A stretch of DNA of 64,000 bases from Bigelowiella natans CCMP2755 (taxonomy: Eukaryota; Protista; Cercozoa). The stretch spans positions 1 through 64,000 of the forward strand of contig ADNK01000423.1 in the NCBI GenBank assembly GCA_000320545.1. The letters run 5' to 3'. The notes beneath the pieces were generated by a model, which saw only the letters and a list, made by a program, of their open reading frames with translations, made no database searches and was not told the origin of the DNA. Within the stretch, counting starts at the first letter, position 1, and each line of letters starts with the position of its first letter. Both the position numbers and the translations under genes were made by a program. Shown piece by piece: positions 27,502 through 42,000 of this stretch.

Positions 27502-27827
27502 TGTAGCGCGTACTACTACGCGAGCACAAGTCACGTGCGACAACAAAGGGGTTGTCGCGGATATAGAATATAGATAACGTAGATATTAATACAGTATAGG
27601 CACGTGGGTTCCGGCGGGACTCATGGCAGCACACCGGAAGTGTGCTGCCCCACGTGCGGCGGCATTCGCGAAAGCTTCGCGAATGATTACGCAGTGCACG
27701 ATTTAATAAAAATGTGATCTTTAATGAAAATAAACATAACTCTTCAAAAGGAAGCAAACGTGCCTTCCCCCCCCCCTGCCTACTTGTGCACGTAGCGCCT
27801 CGGCCTGTGAACACCTTACGCGCAACA
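27502..27827 (+). repeat. 3' LTR (326 bp)
   Basis: Identical copy of the 5' LTR, directly preceded by the purine tract GGGGGAGG. Confidence 0.95.
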
Positions 27828-28247
27828 ACCATGGGCTAGAGAGGTTCTTCATTGATTTGAGAATTGGCAAACTGGTTGTTTGTCTTTGAGGCAAGACGAC
27901 TAGCTGTGTTGTGACGGCGACGCAATGTGTGAACTCTGACAATGAATCTCCTGAAGGCCATGCTAGCATGTCGACACGATGGTCCACGGTCGGGTCGTCC
28001 GAAGGAGCACCCTGGCAGGAACCAGAAATAATGATGAATTTTTAAATGTTGAGTGAATTGCATTTCTTTTTTGATGGCGACACGAGAAAACAACAGTGAA
28101 AAGCAAACTGACACCTGAAGAACATTTAGACCACCCTAATATGTGGTGCGACAACTCCAAAATCCTGTCGCTTGTGAAAGAATCTCGAACAAAACAAAAT
28201 ATCTTCCGCTATCCTCACAACGTTATCTCACAGAAAATTCCATCGAG

Positions 28248-29320
28248 ATGTCCTCGCAGGGCCTTCCAACAGGAGGTGCTCAGGACCGAGAGGGCTCCGA
28301 TCGCTACTTCGACAATCTCGATAATGTCAAGGATGTTGACGAGACAAAGGAAGAAAAAGGCGATGAAAAGGAAGAGGTTATCACAAAGAAGCTAAAAACA
28401 TATGGTGGTACTTACCCTCACTTGAAATTATTAGGAAAAGAAACCCTCTCAAGGACTTTTGCGCCAGTTCGATTTCCGAAAGGTACCCTAAGATATTCGC
28501 GTGTTCAACCAAAATCGGTCCCATGATCGTTTAATGGTTCATCATGTTCAGGGTGCAATGCCTGAGAAGGCACGAGTCGTTGGAGGAAAGACGAACATCA
28601 CCGTTGAACACGATAAAAGTTCGGTAAGTTCAATGATAGAGAATACCTTCCTAATAAATCTTTTTAAAACATGCCTATCCTAATCCACAGAGCGTAATCG
28701 TTGACCCTGGCTCTCATATTCTGCTGGACTTGGAGAATATGACGGTGAAAGTCATTTTAGAATGGTTCTGCTGTCACGATATGACGTTGTTCCGATCATT
28801 TAACAGCCAAATCAAAGTAACGATATGATGAACGATTTTACGCTCACGATGGACATCAAGCTAAACAAGCTTCCCAAGAAGAACTTCTTTCTTGTTTCAT
28901 TGAATGACAAACAAGACCGTTCGATCATCTCGCCAGGTTTCTTTGTCATTTTTGTTCGAAGTCTGTGTAGCATCTGGATATTTACACAAATGGACTTATC
29001 CATTTACACAAATGGACTTATCTTTCTTCGAATTAAACCTTATAACAGGGGAAATCCAAGTCTATGACGACGGCGGTGTTGGGTACTTTGGCATTCGCGG
29101 TCTTACGAAAATCAAGCCCGGGAAATGGACTCGTGTGGTCATCACCTCCGGTGGCGGGTTCCAAAGCGGCACCCGTAAAGTTACAACCTATGTTAATGGA
29201 AAGAAATGTGCATCTATAGACAAGCCAATTCTAAATACAAAGGTATTCGACTTTGATGAAGTCTCCTGAAGATCTAAAAATATTTTCATGTGCTTGCATA
29301 GAGAGCCACATTTACACGTT

Positions 29321-29362
<42 letters not shown>

Positions 29363-30151
29363 GAAGGGGGGTGAGAGAAAGAAAGGAGAGGACATTGTCA
29401 TTGAATCAATTATCTCTTCCTAGAGCTCATTTAAATTAAAATTAGGACGGTAGGTTTGCAATGGCGACCTCGCACATTCGCTTATTTCAAAACGACGAGA
29501 AGAAAGTTTTCGATAAGATTCAGCTTCGCTACGCTGAAGTCCGCGGAGAATGCTGGACTTCTGAAAAGGTTAAAGAGAACAACTTCACCAATCGCATCTA
29601 TTCCGCGATCATTGAAGAGGAAGAAGAGAAGAAGCGGAAACTGTTCACTTCTCTATCCCTGCAGCCCCTATACAAGAAACCACCTCCAGTTTGGATGCAT
29701 CCCGCCTTCGGTGCCGAGTTTGGTGACGCTTTTCTAGAAAAGACTGGTTTAGAAGGGGGAAGCCTAAGCGTATGCCTTCACGTATTTTCGATGGTTGTGA
29801 AGGACATGCTTCGAGATCAGCGGGATTTACTCGATGGACTCGATGAGGATGAGTTGCAGTCTCTTGATACGCTGAACACTGTCTTCCAAAATGCAGTCAG
29901 TCTTTCCAAACAGCATGCCATTGCAATGAAAGGTGGTCAACAGCTTGTTGCTTTCATCCGCAAATTTCGAATTCAGCACCTCGAGGCCCTGCAGGAAGGG
30001 GAGCTGATGGTCATTCCTGGTGGAGTTGGCGGCAGGCCATACGTCTACGTTCTCGAGCGTGCGGATGACTTCAGCGATAACTATCGGTGTGTGTGTGTGT
30101 GTGTGTATTTGTTTTCATCATATTATTTCCCCTAAGTGCTACTCGGTGCTA

Positions 30152-30184
<33 letters not shown>

Positions 30185-33090
30185 AGACTACTGTGTTCCT
30201 TCCGCATAATCATTATTGATTGCTGTCCTGTGTGTGATACTGGATATCAGCTTCGTGATCGTTAACACGGATCCACATTGGGGTCTGGCATACCATGAAT
30301 GTAGCGCTGAAGTACAGCCAAAGCTTCGCTATAAACAAGTGGTTGTGTTTGATGATATCCCACAAGAAAAGATTGAGCAAGATGCTTTCTGGTCCCTCCT
30401 CTTCATGCTCAACACTCTCAGAGCTGGGCCCGACAAGGTATGTCTCTTCACGTCATAGACAAAAAACATACACAGCATCATACGCACTCACACAGATATG
30501 GCCGAGTATTATACGCTGCTTTCGACAACAGAAGTATGCGCTTTATTGGAACGCATTATTACCTGTCGTTCGTTTGTCGAGTAGTGTAAGTGATAATGGA
30601 TGATGGTGTGGTGCTACATACAGGTCTACGACTGGTTGCTGCCGTACCTGATCGACCTACCCCTTGAGCATGCAGTGACATACACCTCCGACTGTGAAGA
30701 AGTTGACTGGCGATGTCCCCAACGTGCCAATATGGCATACTATCGTGTCCTCCTCGAATCCTACCATTACATGATGCGAAGAAAGGGTCTCACGAATGAA
30801 CAAGCAAAGAAAGTGTCTTTTGCCGTGCGTGCACAATATTTACAGATGGCTTACAACGATTTGAGGATCTTCTCGTCCATGCGAATGGGACTTTCTGGCT
30901 CAGATTTCCGCCTAGTTGAGATCGCAATGCAGCAAGTCGCCTATGCAGCTGTCAAGCGTAGCAAACGTGAGTTGTTAGCGGCCAAGCATCTAGCTGCGGT
31001 AAAGAAGCGTTTAGACGAGACGCATCAACTAGCAATGAACCTTCCCTGCACCGAGCAGCTCTCTATCGACCCTCCTGATAAGCTTAGGCTGGATGGTCGC
31101 AGTTTGTCGGTTCAGGATCAATGGAATTATCAGCCTCTCTTTGACCGCCTTTTGAGAAAAGACAGTGTTGACGGCTTGGCTGGTGCTCCTATCCAGATTC
31201 CTTCGTATGTACCCATCGATTTCCTACAGGTGAAGCGAACGGTGACGAGCTTCGAGGAGGCCCTTACAGCACTACGGTGGTGTGATAAGATGTGTACTCT
31301 CACCGCGGTTCAAGGACATTGCGTTAAGAATATCAATTTTCTAAAGGTCGCTCTGATCCAGCATACTTTTGTGCATGTGCTCCCGGTTCCAAAATCTGAG
31401 AATGCACAAGACTATGACGACTGTGTGTGGAACACTCAAGTCGTGTACGGTCGCCAGCTTGATGTTTTATTCTTATGTCAGCGAATTATGGAGCATTTCG
31501 TATCTTCGGTACTTTCGCTGAAAAACAATCGTCCGCTAGATGCAGTAAGGATCATAATTCCTGCGTGCATCACAGCGATTGCTGACGTCATGATGCGCAA
31601 GGAAGCGACCGATGATCCGTCCGAGTTGTGCTTGTATTTAATGGGCCGACGCGGCGGCACGCAATATGGATTGTCAGTGGGAATGCTTCCTTCACAAACA
31701 GAGACGATCGAAGTGCACAGTCCCGAGCTGAACATCGCACGTACAGCTGTACTGGATTACTTCATGTATCAGCAGGAGCATAAGTTTGTGCAGATAATGC
31801 GATGGGAAGACTCATACACTAACATGTGGGGTACAGAGCTCGAGTGGCTTGGCGCTTTGGGAAGAGAATGGGCATTCCCCCAACCTAATCACCCGAAGTA
31901 CCTATGTGGCGGTCTCATCATTAAGAATTGGCCAGAACTCCAATGTTATCGCGATGTTGCGTACTACTTCAAGTGGTTTTTGAATACAGATCCAAAGGCA
32001 CACCCTCCTGCGGGACGACCGTATGCACAATCCCAAGCAAAGCTAAATTGGCGTGTTACACCCAGAGGCTTTGAAGTGGTATCGACCCTCCTCCCACCGA
32101 AGTTTCCAATGTTCTGCCGCCCAAGACCAGGAATTCCATGGGGTCACCGATTTGAGACCTTTGCAGACCCCTCAAAGCTGACAGGCCACACAGTTAATAC
32201 TGAGGACGATGTCCTTCACATTAAGAATCTCCCGGGTTTCCCAGTCTCCGAAATCCGTGAAGTCAAGGACGAAAAGGGCAATCTCAAAGAGGAAAAAGTG
32301 CCACGCGTTGTCATAGGGCAGAAGGACTCCGAGCTCCTAATGTCGTACCTTACTGTTCCCTATATGCGAGTGCCACTCGTGATCTCCTTCTTCGCGACTG
32401 AAGACCGCATTCACGCTCTCAGATCCAAACAGCTGCGTGATCTGCTTGACTCCGTGATGTTTGAGCCAGGTTCGTATCTACCTCTCGGTGTGAACCAAGA
32501 GCCGAAGGAGGTGCCCACCCGTAACTCACAACTACTCGCAACTCCCTACGGCCTTTTAATCAACGAACTCCATCGTTCCCCAGATGCTGTGATGCAGAGC
32601 GTTATCCGTCTGCTTGAATTTGCAATTGATCTTGATACGGGATCATTCAAAGCCAGCACTGTTGATATCATCCTGTATATTGTCAGGCTCGGTTGTCGAG
32701 TCGACAGCTACGTGGATTTCATGATCCAGATTGCACGGGGTACACATGAGTGCATCCGAACTCCCATGCGTGATGTTAACGTGACCGACAACGTGGTGGC
32801 TAAGCTTGAGGGATATCTCACGGCTCTTAGAGCCTTACTCCGAGGCCGTATGCACACGATAGTCGAGGGTTATATTAATGAAGCAATGCGCGAAATTCAA
32901 GGCAAGGAAGACGATGAAGTGGTTGATCGCAACACCAAAGTCGCGTGCCGTATGCACACGCACCTCTTACTGATGTACCGAAATGTGCAACTAGAACAGC
33001 TCACACCTGAGATAGCTTCAACGCTGCTTTGCGGGTTTGTGACACAATGACATTATTATAACAACAAGGGATAATGCGATATTATATTTA

Positions 33091-33147
<57 letters not shown>

Positions 33148-36134
33148 TGTGTGCACTGTAAATTAGCAGCATTAATTAGACTAATCGTACGCTAACGCGT
33201 TCGAGTGCATGTGTTTGTATTTTGATTTGAAATAATGTGCGAATGGCATAGTTGATTTGTGTTGTTACTGTTGACGTTCAGTATGGTGGTGGTGGTGTGT
33301 GACCCAAGTCTGCGTGTACACATTTTTAAACAATATTATGCAAGTATTATCGCCTGTGGGGCCCACAGTGGCGATGGGTACTCATTTGGCCTTAGTTGTT
33401 ACTTCTCATTGATGTTGTGTTCTCATTGATGCTTCCTCTTGTGGTTGGGTGATAAACAGATTCGTGTTTTTGACCATCCGTCACACATGGAACATGGGAC
33501 TGATGGAGATTCCAGAATTCGAGCTGTATGAACTGTTGCAGGTAATGCGTCGGCGACTAGTAACGTACACACGTTCTCTCGACCAAGTTCCGCTCAACGA
33601 CCTTATGGAAGCTGCCGTGCGTGTATCGACCGGTACTGGATTTCGTAAACTGATTGGAGGGAAAAAATCTGCAAGAAACTGGGCGTATATCCGAGGAGCA
33701 CGATCTGTAGGGCGCTTCACAGTGTTGACAGCCCGATCGCGTTTCTATCAGATCGCTGAGTCCAAGGTACGCGAGGTCGAAGACAACAAAGAACTCGGTG
33801 TCGAGATTGATTGGCAGATAATTCAGCTTACATTGCGTTCAAGTCACTTAAAAGCGCTCTCCAAGTCAATTGCCGCAAACCCCGATGTGACTATGATCTT
33901 CGGTAGTAAGAGCATGCAGGCAGCTACAATCCAGGATGCAGAGCACAGGGAGTGGGTACGTCTAGTGGGCCGACAACACGACATCCAACATTGGCGCACA
34001 CCAGATCCACGTCTTGCGGAGCAGGAGCTAATGCGGGAGTACGACCCTACTGAACTTGAAGAGTCAGAGCGTTGGATTTTGCCGATTTGGGAGCCGGTTC
34101 GCAAAAAATTCTTTATTCCGCCACCTCCAAACCCTCCAATCCCAATCTGGTTGCCAGAAAAGCCGCTTGAAGCAAACGCGCAGGTATGCTACATGATCGC
34201 CAGTCATCCAAAGAAAGGGGGAACTATCAAAGAGATATTCGTGTTCAAGGAGCTACAAATGATCCAAATATACGATGTTATGTCCCATGGGCGCAGATTT
34301 TACCGGTCACTTGTGTATTCGACCGACGCCCGATACTCTCTTCGTGATCTGCAACCGCCTGTTGGCCAGAGAAAGAGCATGTGGGTATCCTGGGGACGAC
34401 ATGAGGCTGGAAATCCATGGAGCGGCGATCGGGCCCAAGGCGTCTCCTGCGTGATTACACGCCATCGTGACTACCACGGAAACCTTTCTGGTACTGAGGA
34501 GCAGCTTATTCCAGAACGCCTGTTGTACGGGATTGTACCAAGTTGTCTCTTCGAAACTCATCGTTTCTGGCAGGACGCTAACGATAACATTCACGGTTAC
34601 CCGATTGGGGACGACAAGGGCCCTATTCTATGTATCGATCTGAAAGGGTTGCGTAAGGTCGGCTCACTCGAGGAAGCAGGCGTTTGTGCACGAATTACAA
34701 GGGTGCCCTACAAGCTATTTAAGGCTAGGATGATGGCCATGGAACAACTTCAGGGCGAGATGAATGATCTAAAGCTTGGCCCCGCCATTTCCTCGCAGGG
34801 CTCGAACGACTTCACGAATATCACCCATCCTGCTGACAAAAACGAAGGGGGTGATGATGGCCGTGTAAAGTCGGTTGACGAGGTAGAGTTAACGATGGTA
34901 AACATGCTCTATGCTCCGCCTAAGTCCAAGATCTTCAATATGTTCAAGACGCTGAAACGCATCGAGAAACTATCTTATATGGTATGTTGGACACGCAGTA
35001 CGGATCCTGAGGGCGGTGACTTCGACATCGACCTTGTGGAGTTACCGCGGCTGAAGATGTCATTTGTGGGTAGAAAGGACCATGATGGACGCACACAGCT
35101 CTACTCTATGGACCACTCAGACTTGTTCGTGTCTAATGAACGTTCAATGCTCACCTGCTCGCTACTGAGAGGCATTCCCCACTCTTTGTTGATGCAGAAC
35201 GCCAACGGAGAGATGAAGATTCTGGTACCCTGTGTCCATCCAGTGAGGCCGCCCATTGAATCTGCACCTTTCAGTACAGAGCTTGTCATGAACTATGCTA
35301 ACCGTCCGTGGCTAGAGCAGCTCTCTCAGCGCTACTTTTTGTATCCAGTACACATCTCCCTCTCGTTCCTTTTCACACCGACCCTGAGCTCGGCTCTGTA
35401 CCTGCTGCTACTACGTTTCTTGCACCGAGACTACGGAACAGCATTTCGACTTGTCGATTCTATTGGCACCGATGCTGTATTCCTGGATGAGGAGGCAATG
35501 ATCTTCATGGACCTTAAGCAGTGCAATTCCGATAAGCATCCTGATGCCCATGCAGTTCGACTTGCAATCTCACATGTTATGATTGACTCTGAGGGGGCAC
35601 TCACTTCGCCAAACCAGCAATTCATGGATATCTACAGCCTAAAACACGGCGAAAGCTTCACCTGTCACGTGACTGGAAAAGAGTACAAGCAGGAAGGAAC
35701 GATCTACTTCAAGTGCAATGCCCCAAACGGCCCCCAAGGGTTCACGGCATGCCAACGTGTAATGGAAGGTAAAGTGCCTCTCCCTTGGAACCTCACGAAC
35801 GATATGACCGGATTTGTCACCAAGCTGGAACACGTCTCCTCCATCTGTCGCTTAACGCATGTGCAGCAGCTCGAGATCCTGGAACGATGCATCTGTGATA
35901 CGAATGACCCACGTTTCGACCCGCGAAAGTACACCGAGTATGGAATTATCTTGAACAAAAACCGCATCCACTACCTTCAGGCAATGTTATCGGGGCAGGA
36001 AAACGCCCCTTGCTTTGTTGTGCCACGCATTCCTGAGCAGAAATGGCCTCTTCGAGTCAATAGAACTGCAATTGGCGGGGCATCAATGTCGAATGACGGT
36101 ATGGTGTTAATATGCATATATGCATAAGAAGCTG

Positions 36135-36167
<33 letters not shown>

Positions 36168-38988
36168 GGTGATAAAGGCGATTATTTGTGTTACATTATC
36201 TCATGATCAGGTATTGTCATTTGGCTATAGTCATCGTTTAATTGATTTCTTATAAATGTCAGGGGTCGCATCTTTGAGTGTGATGTATGAGGCTGCTCCT
36301 TCGTATGGCGGGTATATGGCACTCCAAGCAGCACAGAAATTCTTGACTCCAAGGGGTCAGCCTTTACAATACGAAAACACTCGAGGGCAAATCTGGAAGC
36401 TTGGATTCTTGTTTATCTACAACTTATATACCGGAACAACAAAATGTAAGATTGGTGGGAATGATGATTCGAAATGCCTTGCACTCCTTTTGACTCAGTT
36501 ACTTCACGATCGTAACGAAGGATGGAATCCTCTCATCTCTATCTTGGATATCATCGGCAAGAACCAACACATTATTCCTGCCTTGCCCAAGTTCCGTGAT
36601 ACCCGACGCAATAAGCACCCACGAATCTCTGTCTTGTGCCAAGGAGACGAGAAGGTGTCGCCGCTGGCCACACTTCTTGAGAGGCTGTTCTCCAAGCTGC
36701 CCGTCATGGATCGTGAACGTAAGCTGCAGTATCCTGACGGCGAGTACGACCAACTCGACCCTCCAGAAGAAACGTGTCCCGTAATTCAGCCCGAGGGAAG
36801 GAAGTTTATTGTACCAAGACTTTCGGACCTTCAGTGCTCGGAGCGTTTATTGAAAGGAATAGATGCTAAGCAAGTAGAGAACAATGACTTGGAATTTCCA
36901 ACCGATTTGCTCATGCCCTTCACCAATCAGCCCATGAAGAAGTATATTGATGCTAAATGGCATAAAGAGCCAGAGGATGAGGACGACCCATTGCTTCATT
37001 ACCCGGAGGAAGATGAGGACGATAAAGAAGAGGACAAAGCAGGCAACTTGAGGCCTATTATGCAAGAATTCAAGCTAGATCTCAAGGACAATAGTCCTTA
37101 CAAGGCAGAGGAGGCGACGTGCCCTTCGATGTGCAGGCGCATCCACAAGACACAGAGCGAGGTCAGGCACCCACAGAATTAATCTTAAGGGGGAATGGGA
37201 AGATTGAAGAAGAGGAACAGGATCAGAGAGCTAGAACCTACTAGAACTACTACTACTACTACTACTACTACTTTATGCAGCACCACCACCACCACCACCT
37301 ATGAATGAAGCAGCGTGGATATGTGTGTCATGGATTTTTTCTTTGTGGTTTAGAACGTTATTTGTATATTTGTGATTTAGATCATCGTTTATAATACCAT
37401 CATGGTGTGATTGTCATTATCAGGTGGCAAGAATCATGCTTAGACGATATGCTGATGACGTGAAGAATTTTGCTAAAAGGCACAACTCTCAGGCCAAACT
37501 TTATCTCGACTCTCTCTTCGAGGCGGATGTTGATGTAATGTTACAGACTAGTCAAAGTGGAGGTGGTGTTGCTGCTTCTGAAGCAGAGAGGAAAGATTTA
37601 TCCCAGGCAGCAATTAAAAGAGCGCTTGGTCAGATGGGACACCTCATTGACGCTATGAAAGAAGAGCGCGACGAGGACGCTGCATACGTAGATATCGGCT
37701 TAAGTTACATCCAGAGGGTTGCGAACAAGGTCGATCCTCCTCCATCCGCTGCAGAAGAACCTGAAGGCCAAGCTATGGTTGATTATCACACCTTCTTGCT
37801 CAATCGTATGTGTAATCAAGAGACTAAAATCTGGATGGAATACCTGATTGGTTGCTTGCTATCAACGAAATCTGTGTCTGACCTACAAAAACTTAATCCG
37901 TACTTCAACGAAAAGCGTGTAAACAACGTCAAGGACGTCATTTGTGTCACCATTCTCAGGGCTAATCGCGTCGGTCAGCTCAACCGTGCAATTGATGCAA
38001 CCAGAAAAGTCGTGAAACTGCTTACGAAGCTCAAAAAGATGCCTGGTAAGTAGAAATAGGGTGAGATAGGATGAGAAGGGGTTGTATGTAGTATACGTGG
38101 TGGGTGGGTGGGTGGGTGGATGGTGATGAGAGAAACGACATCGTGAATACAGCAGTGGACAATCACTTTCTATCAATGTACACTGTTTCTCTACCTTTCA
38201 CCACCATTATGCTGCTATGTAATGGTGCTCTCGCTGCTACTATACTTTATTAGGTCCTGTCACAGCTCCCAGTGTTCGCACTGGCCTTGTGCTCTCTGCT
38301 GAGAAGATCGTTGCAAACTTAACCTGTAAGAGATATTTCATGGATAATAAGGAGGAAAAGGAGGGACTTGTCAAGTATGATCCACGCTACCTTGTCTTTG
38401 AATTCGTATGGAACATCTTGCTTCGAAAGAAGCAAGTCGTGCACGTCCGTGAGTACCTCCAAGTCATGCAAAAGGGCGGCTCAATCGTGAAGCAGCTGAT
38501 TATGGGATCTGGTAAAACAATGGTGATTGGCCCCTTGTTATGTTTGATGCTGTCAGACGGAAAGACGCTTGTTACCATGTCTGTTCCACGCGCTCTGCTC
38601 GAGCTCACTCGTTCAAACCTCCGGAATACGTTCTCGTCTATTATGAGCAAGCGCATCTTCACTCTCAAATTCGACAGGGCATCGCAGGTGCAACCTCGCT
38701 TGCTAAGGAAGCTCACACTTGCTACAGAGAAGTCTGGCATCGTGATTTCGAATCCTACGTCCATCAAATCGATGATGCTCAAGATTATCGAGCTCTTGCA
38801 CACCATGACGGACCCTGCTTCTAAGAAGAATGAACGAATTGATTACGAGCGCGACCGTAATCTAGTAGTGCAATGCCTAGCTAAGTTCAAGTCTTCAATT
38901 CTTATCATGGACGAGGTTGATCTCATTCTCCATCCTCTTAAGTCAGAGCTCAACTTCCCTATTGGCGAAAAGGTAGTAGTAATAGTAA

Positions 38989-39020
<32 letters not shown>

Positions 39021-42000
39021 ACGATCGTGAGGTGGTGATGATATTGATGACGGAGGTTGAAATGAATGAAACAGAACACTATGAAATTACAAGAAAGTAG
39101 GAAAATATTTTCCTTCTTTCGTCCCCCTTCTGACCCCCTGCCTCCGATAACAGGTTAAGCTGGACTTCTCGCCTGAACGATGGGAATTGCCTATTCATCT
39201 TGTTGATGCGATCTTCTCTTCTACGCTTGGAAGAATGTCGGTGAAATTCGAAGATTCTTCTGAGGCCTCTAGAATACTTGAGGAGCTCAAATCCCGTTTG
39301 GAGGAGGGCTACAAACAGCGTGCTTTGTTCAAGTAATACCATTATTACTAATGTTACTACTAATACTACTATAACCACTGCTACTACTACTTGATTGGAG
39401 CTAGAAGATATATAGATAAAAATTACTATTACTTTCATCATTGTTACTACTACATCATACCAATGAATAATGATCGATGATTGAGACAAAACTATCGGAC
39501 ACGCTTCCTATGTTGTTGTTGTTGTTGTTGTTTCTGATACTTATCGAACATATATTTATCATAAAGGTTCCCACACGTGATCCTCCTCAACCCCGATTTC
39601 TACCACAAATTCCTGAAACCAGTACTGGCAGATTGGGCAATGTTATGGATGGAGACAAAACACTTCCGTGGACTCGAAAAAGATGACCTCAAAATCTACC
39701 TCTTACATGGTGCGCGCCCCGACCCTGGAAAGGTCGTTGAGATGGAAAAACGTCTTGAGCTGATCTCCGCAGCTTCCAAGGCAAAGGAGCTTAACGCTTT
39801 GCAGATGCAAGTTCTCAAGTTGCCCAATAAGGTTCTTTCCGATGAACAAAAGCAACTTTTGGAGGAAAAAGAGCAGAAACTTGTCCTCTCCATCAAGGAG
39901 CTCAAGAAGATCAATCAAGAGAGAAAACGCATTGCCCCGCTTGTAAGCGCAATCCACGTGCCCTCTCACAGGAAGATGCTCAATCTAGCGCACGACTACC
40001 TCAAGATGTACATGCCGCACATCATGCAGAAGATTAATCGTGTATCGTTTGGGCTGATGAACACCAGAGACAAGATGCGTGCTTTAGCAGAAAACCCGTA
40101 TATGCCTCGGACTCGCTACATGCTTGCAATTCCGTTTGTTGGGAAGGATGTGCCAAGCCGTGCCTCCGAATTTGCCCATCCTGACGTCGTCATTGGTCTC
40201 ACGATCCTTGCATACCGGTACTCTGGCCTACGTTGGGAAGACTTCGACCACATCGTCGGAACTATGCGCAACAAGCTATTCAAAGAGGGTAAAGGTCCTG
40301 TCAAGTACCGACCGACTAACCGTCTCCACGAGTATTGGGTGAAAACGGCCAAAGGTTTCATCAAAGGCTCCAAAGAGGAAAAGAAGGCTAGGAAGTTAGC
40401 TGCTAAGGAGAAGCTTGCCTTAGAGGAAATTGAACCACAGATGAGTGAACTTGGACAGGGCCTCAAAAACTATGAGCGAGAGTGCAAGTCTGAGGAAGAG
40501 CTTAAGGAATTCTATGAAACCAAGAAGTATAAGGAGTACCAAACATTTGTGGCAAAAAGAGCAGGCAACGATGAGGCCGTTGCGTGGCTTGAGAAAGGTA
40601 CTGTGGTGGCGCTACGACTGCTGCAGCGCTCAAATTCCGAGCAGATGAACAAATTGTTCGATCTTTGGAAGGACCTCCCTGAGACAATCCACTTTTACTT
40701 GCAAGATTATGTCTTCGAGAAATACATGCGCCACCAGAAGGTCAAGCTCTCTGCGTGTGGTCAGGAATTAGGCGGGGCAATGCTATTTCCAAGAAGGATT
40801 GGGTTTTCCGGCACACCATCTGACCTGATGCCTGTGGAACTTGGATCTTGCGATTACGAGAAATGCGCCGATGGGCAGATGTTCTATAAGCTAACTTCGA
40901 CCGTGATTTGCTCGCACCAAATGATCGGTGACAACTGGAGTGTAAGTTCGCTCCTCGACATCATTGCTAAAGGTACATGGTCAGCCCTCATTGATGTGGG
41001 TGCGCTTGTCACCGGATTGAGCAACTACGATGTTGCTAAGTACCTCCTCGACAACGGGCTGCCGTGGTGTGATGGAGTCGTGTTCTTGGATGACATGGAT
41101 AGGAAGATGATTCTCGTCAGAGCGACTGGTCGGGTTGTGAAGCTCTCACAGTGCGGCATTCCAGAGGAACGAAGGTTTGCATTCTATGATCAAGTGCACA
41201 CGACAGGAATGGACATTCGCCACAAGCTTGATGCTGTTGCAATTCTTACCATTGGAAAGGATATGACCTGGCGAGACTATGCGCAGGCTGCTTATCGTAT
41301 GCGTGGAATCGGTAAAGGACAAGGCATTCGTCTCTTCATTATTCCTGAGATCTACCGCCACATGACCAGAGAGTTAAGGAAAGCTGGTATTGTGATTGAG
41401 AAGGACGCGGAAAAGGCCCAAGGGAAGAATGTGCTCAATCACGTAGCGGCGTGGCTTGTAATCAACTCCATGCGCATGGAACGCATACAGTTCAACATGC
41501 TACAGATGCAGAACGTGGCGAATATCTGGAGGAAGCGCGGCTTCGAAGGGCTGATCAAGCAGCACCATACGTTCAAGCTCAATCGAAAGCAGCCCGATGT
41601 TTATCTTCGCAAATGCTTGGACATGTTCCGCGAGCCGCTTGATTTCAGCGTGGAGTCTTCGATCCCTGAACCTCGCATTTTCGCAGAGACCATCGACAAG
41701 ATGATCGAAGAAAATAAGCAATTCGTCATGGGCGCTGACGAAAAGCTAACAGAGAAGGTAAAGGAGGTCGTTGCACAGGCCGACAAAATGCTGGATCTTT
41801 CTTACGTAGCCTTAGAGGCTGAACAACAACAGGAAGCCGAGGCAGAGCAAGAGCAGCAGCAAGAGCAAGAACAGGAACAAGAACAAGAGGAAGAGATTGA
41901 AATCGAGAAGTACGTCGATGTTGCATATCAGCGTGATAACGAGGCTCCGATCCCATGGGAGTTCCTGCGTCTACGTGACAAGAACTTCTGCTCTCAATTC

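Larger units (their letters stand above)
22112..27827 (+). mobile_element. Full-length Ty3/gypsy-type LTR retrotransposon, recently inserted
   Basis: Two identical LTRs with TG...CA ends, PBS after the 5' LTR, polypurine tract before the 3' LTR, and one uninterrupted gag-pol ORF in PR-RT-RH-IN order. Confidence 0.97.
21300..28028. other. TpA desert split by the LTR element (21300-22111 and 27828-28028)
   Basis: Hand count: 8 TA in 21342-22111 (6 in CTAG) and 3 TA in 27831-28028 (all CTAG). Confidence 0.85.

Noticed and set aside
22112-27827. DIRS/tyrosine-recombinase element, suggested by the MTase-like domain
   Set aside because: It has direct TG...CA LTRs, PBS/PPT, a protease and a DDE integrase, and no tyrosine recombinase ORF.
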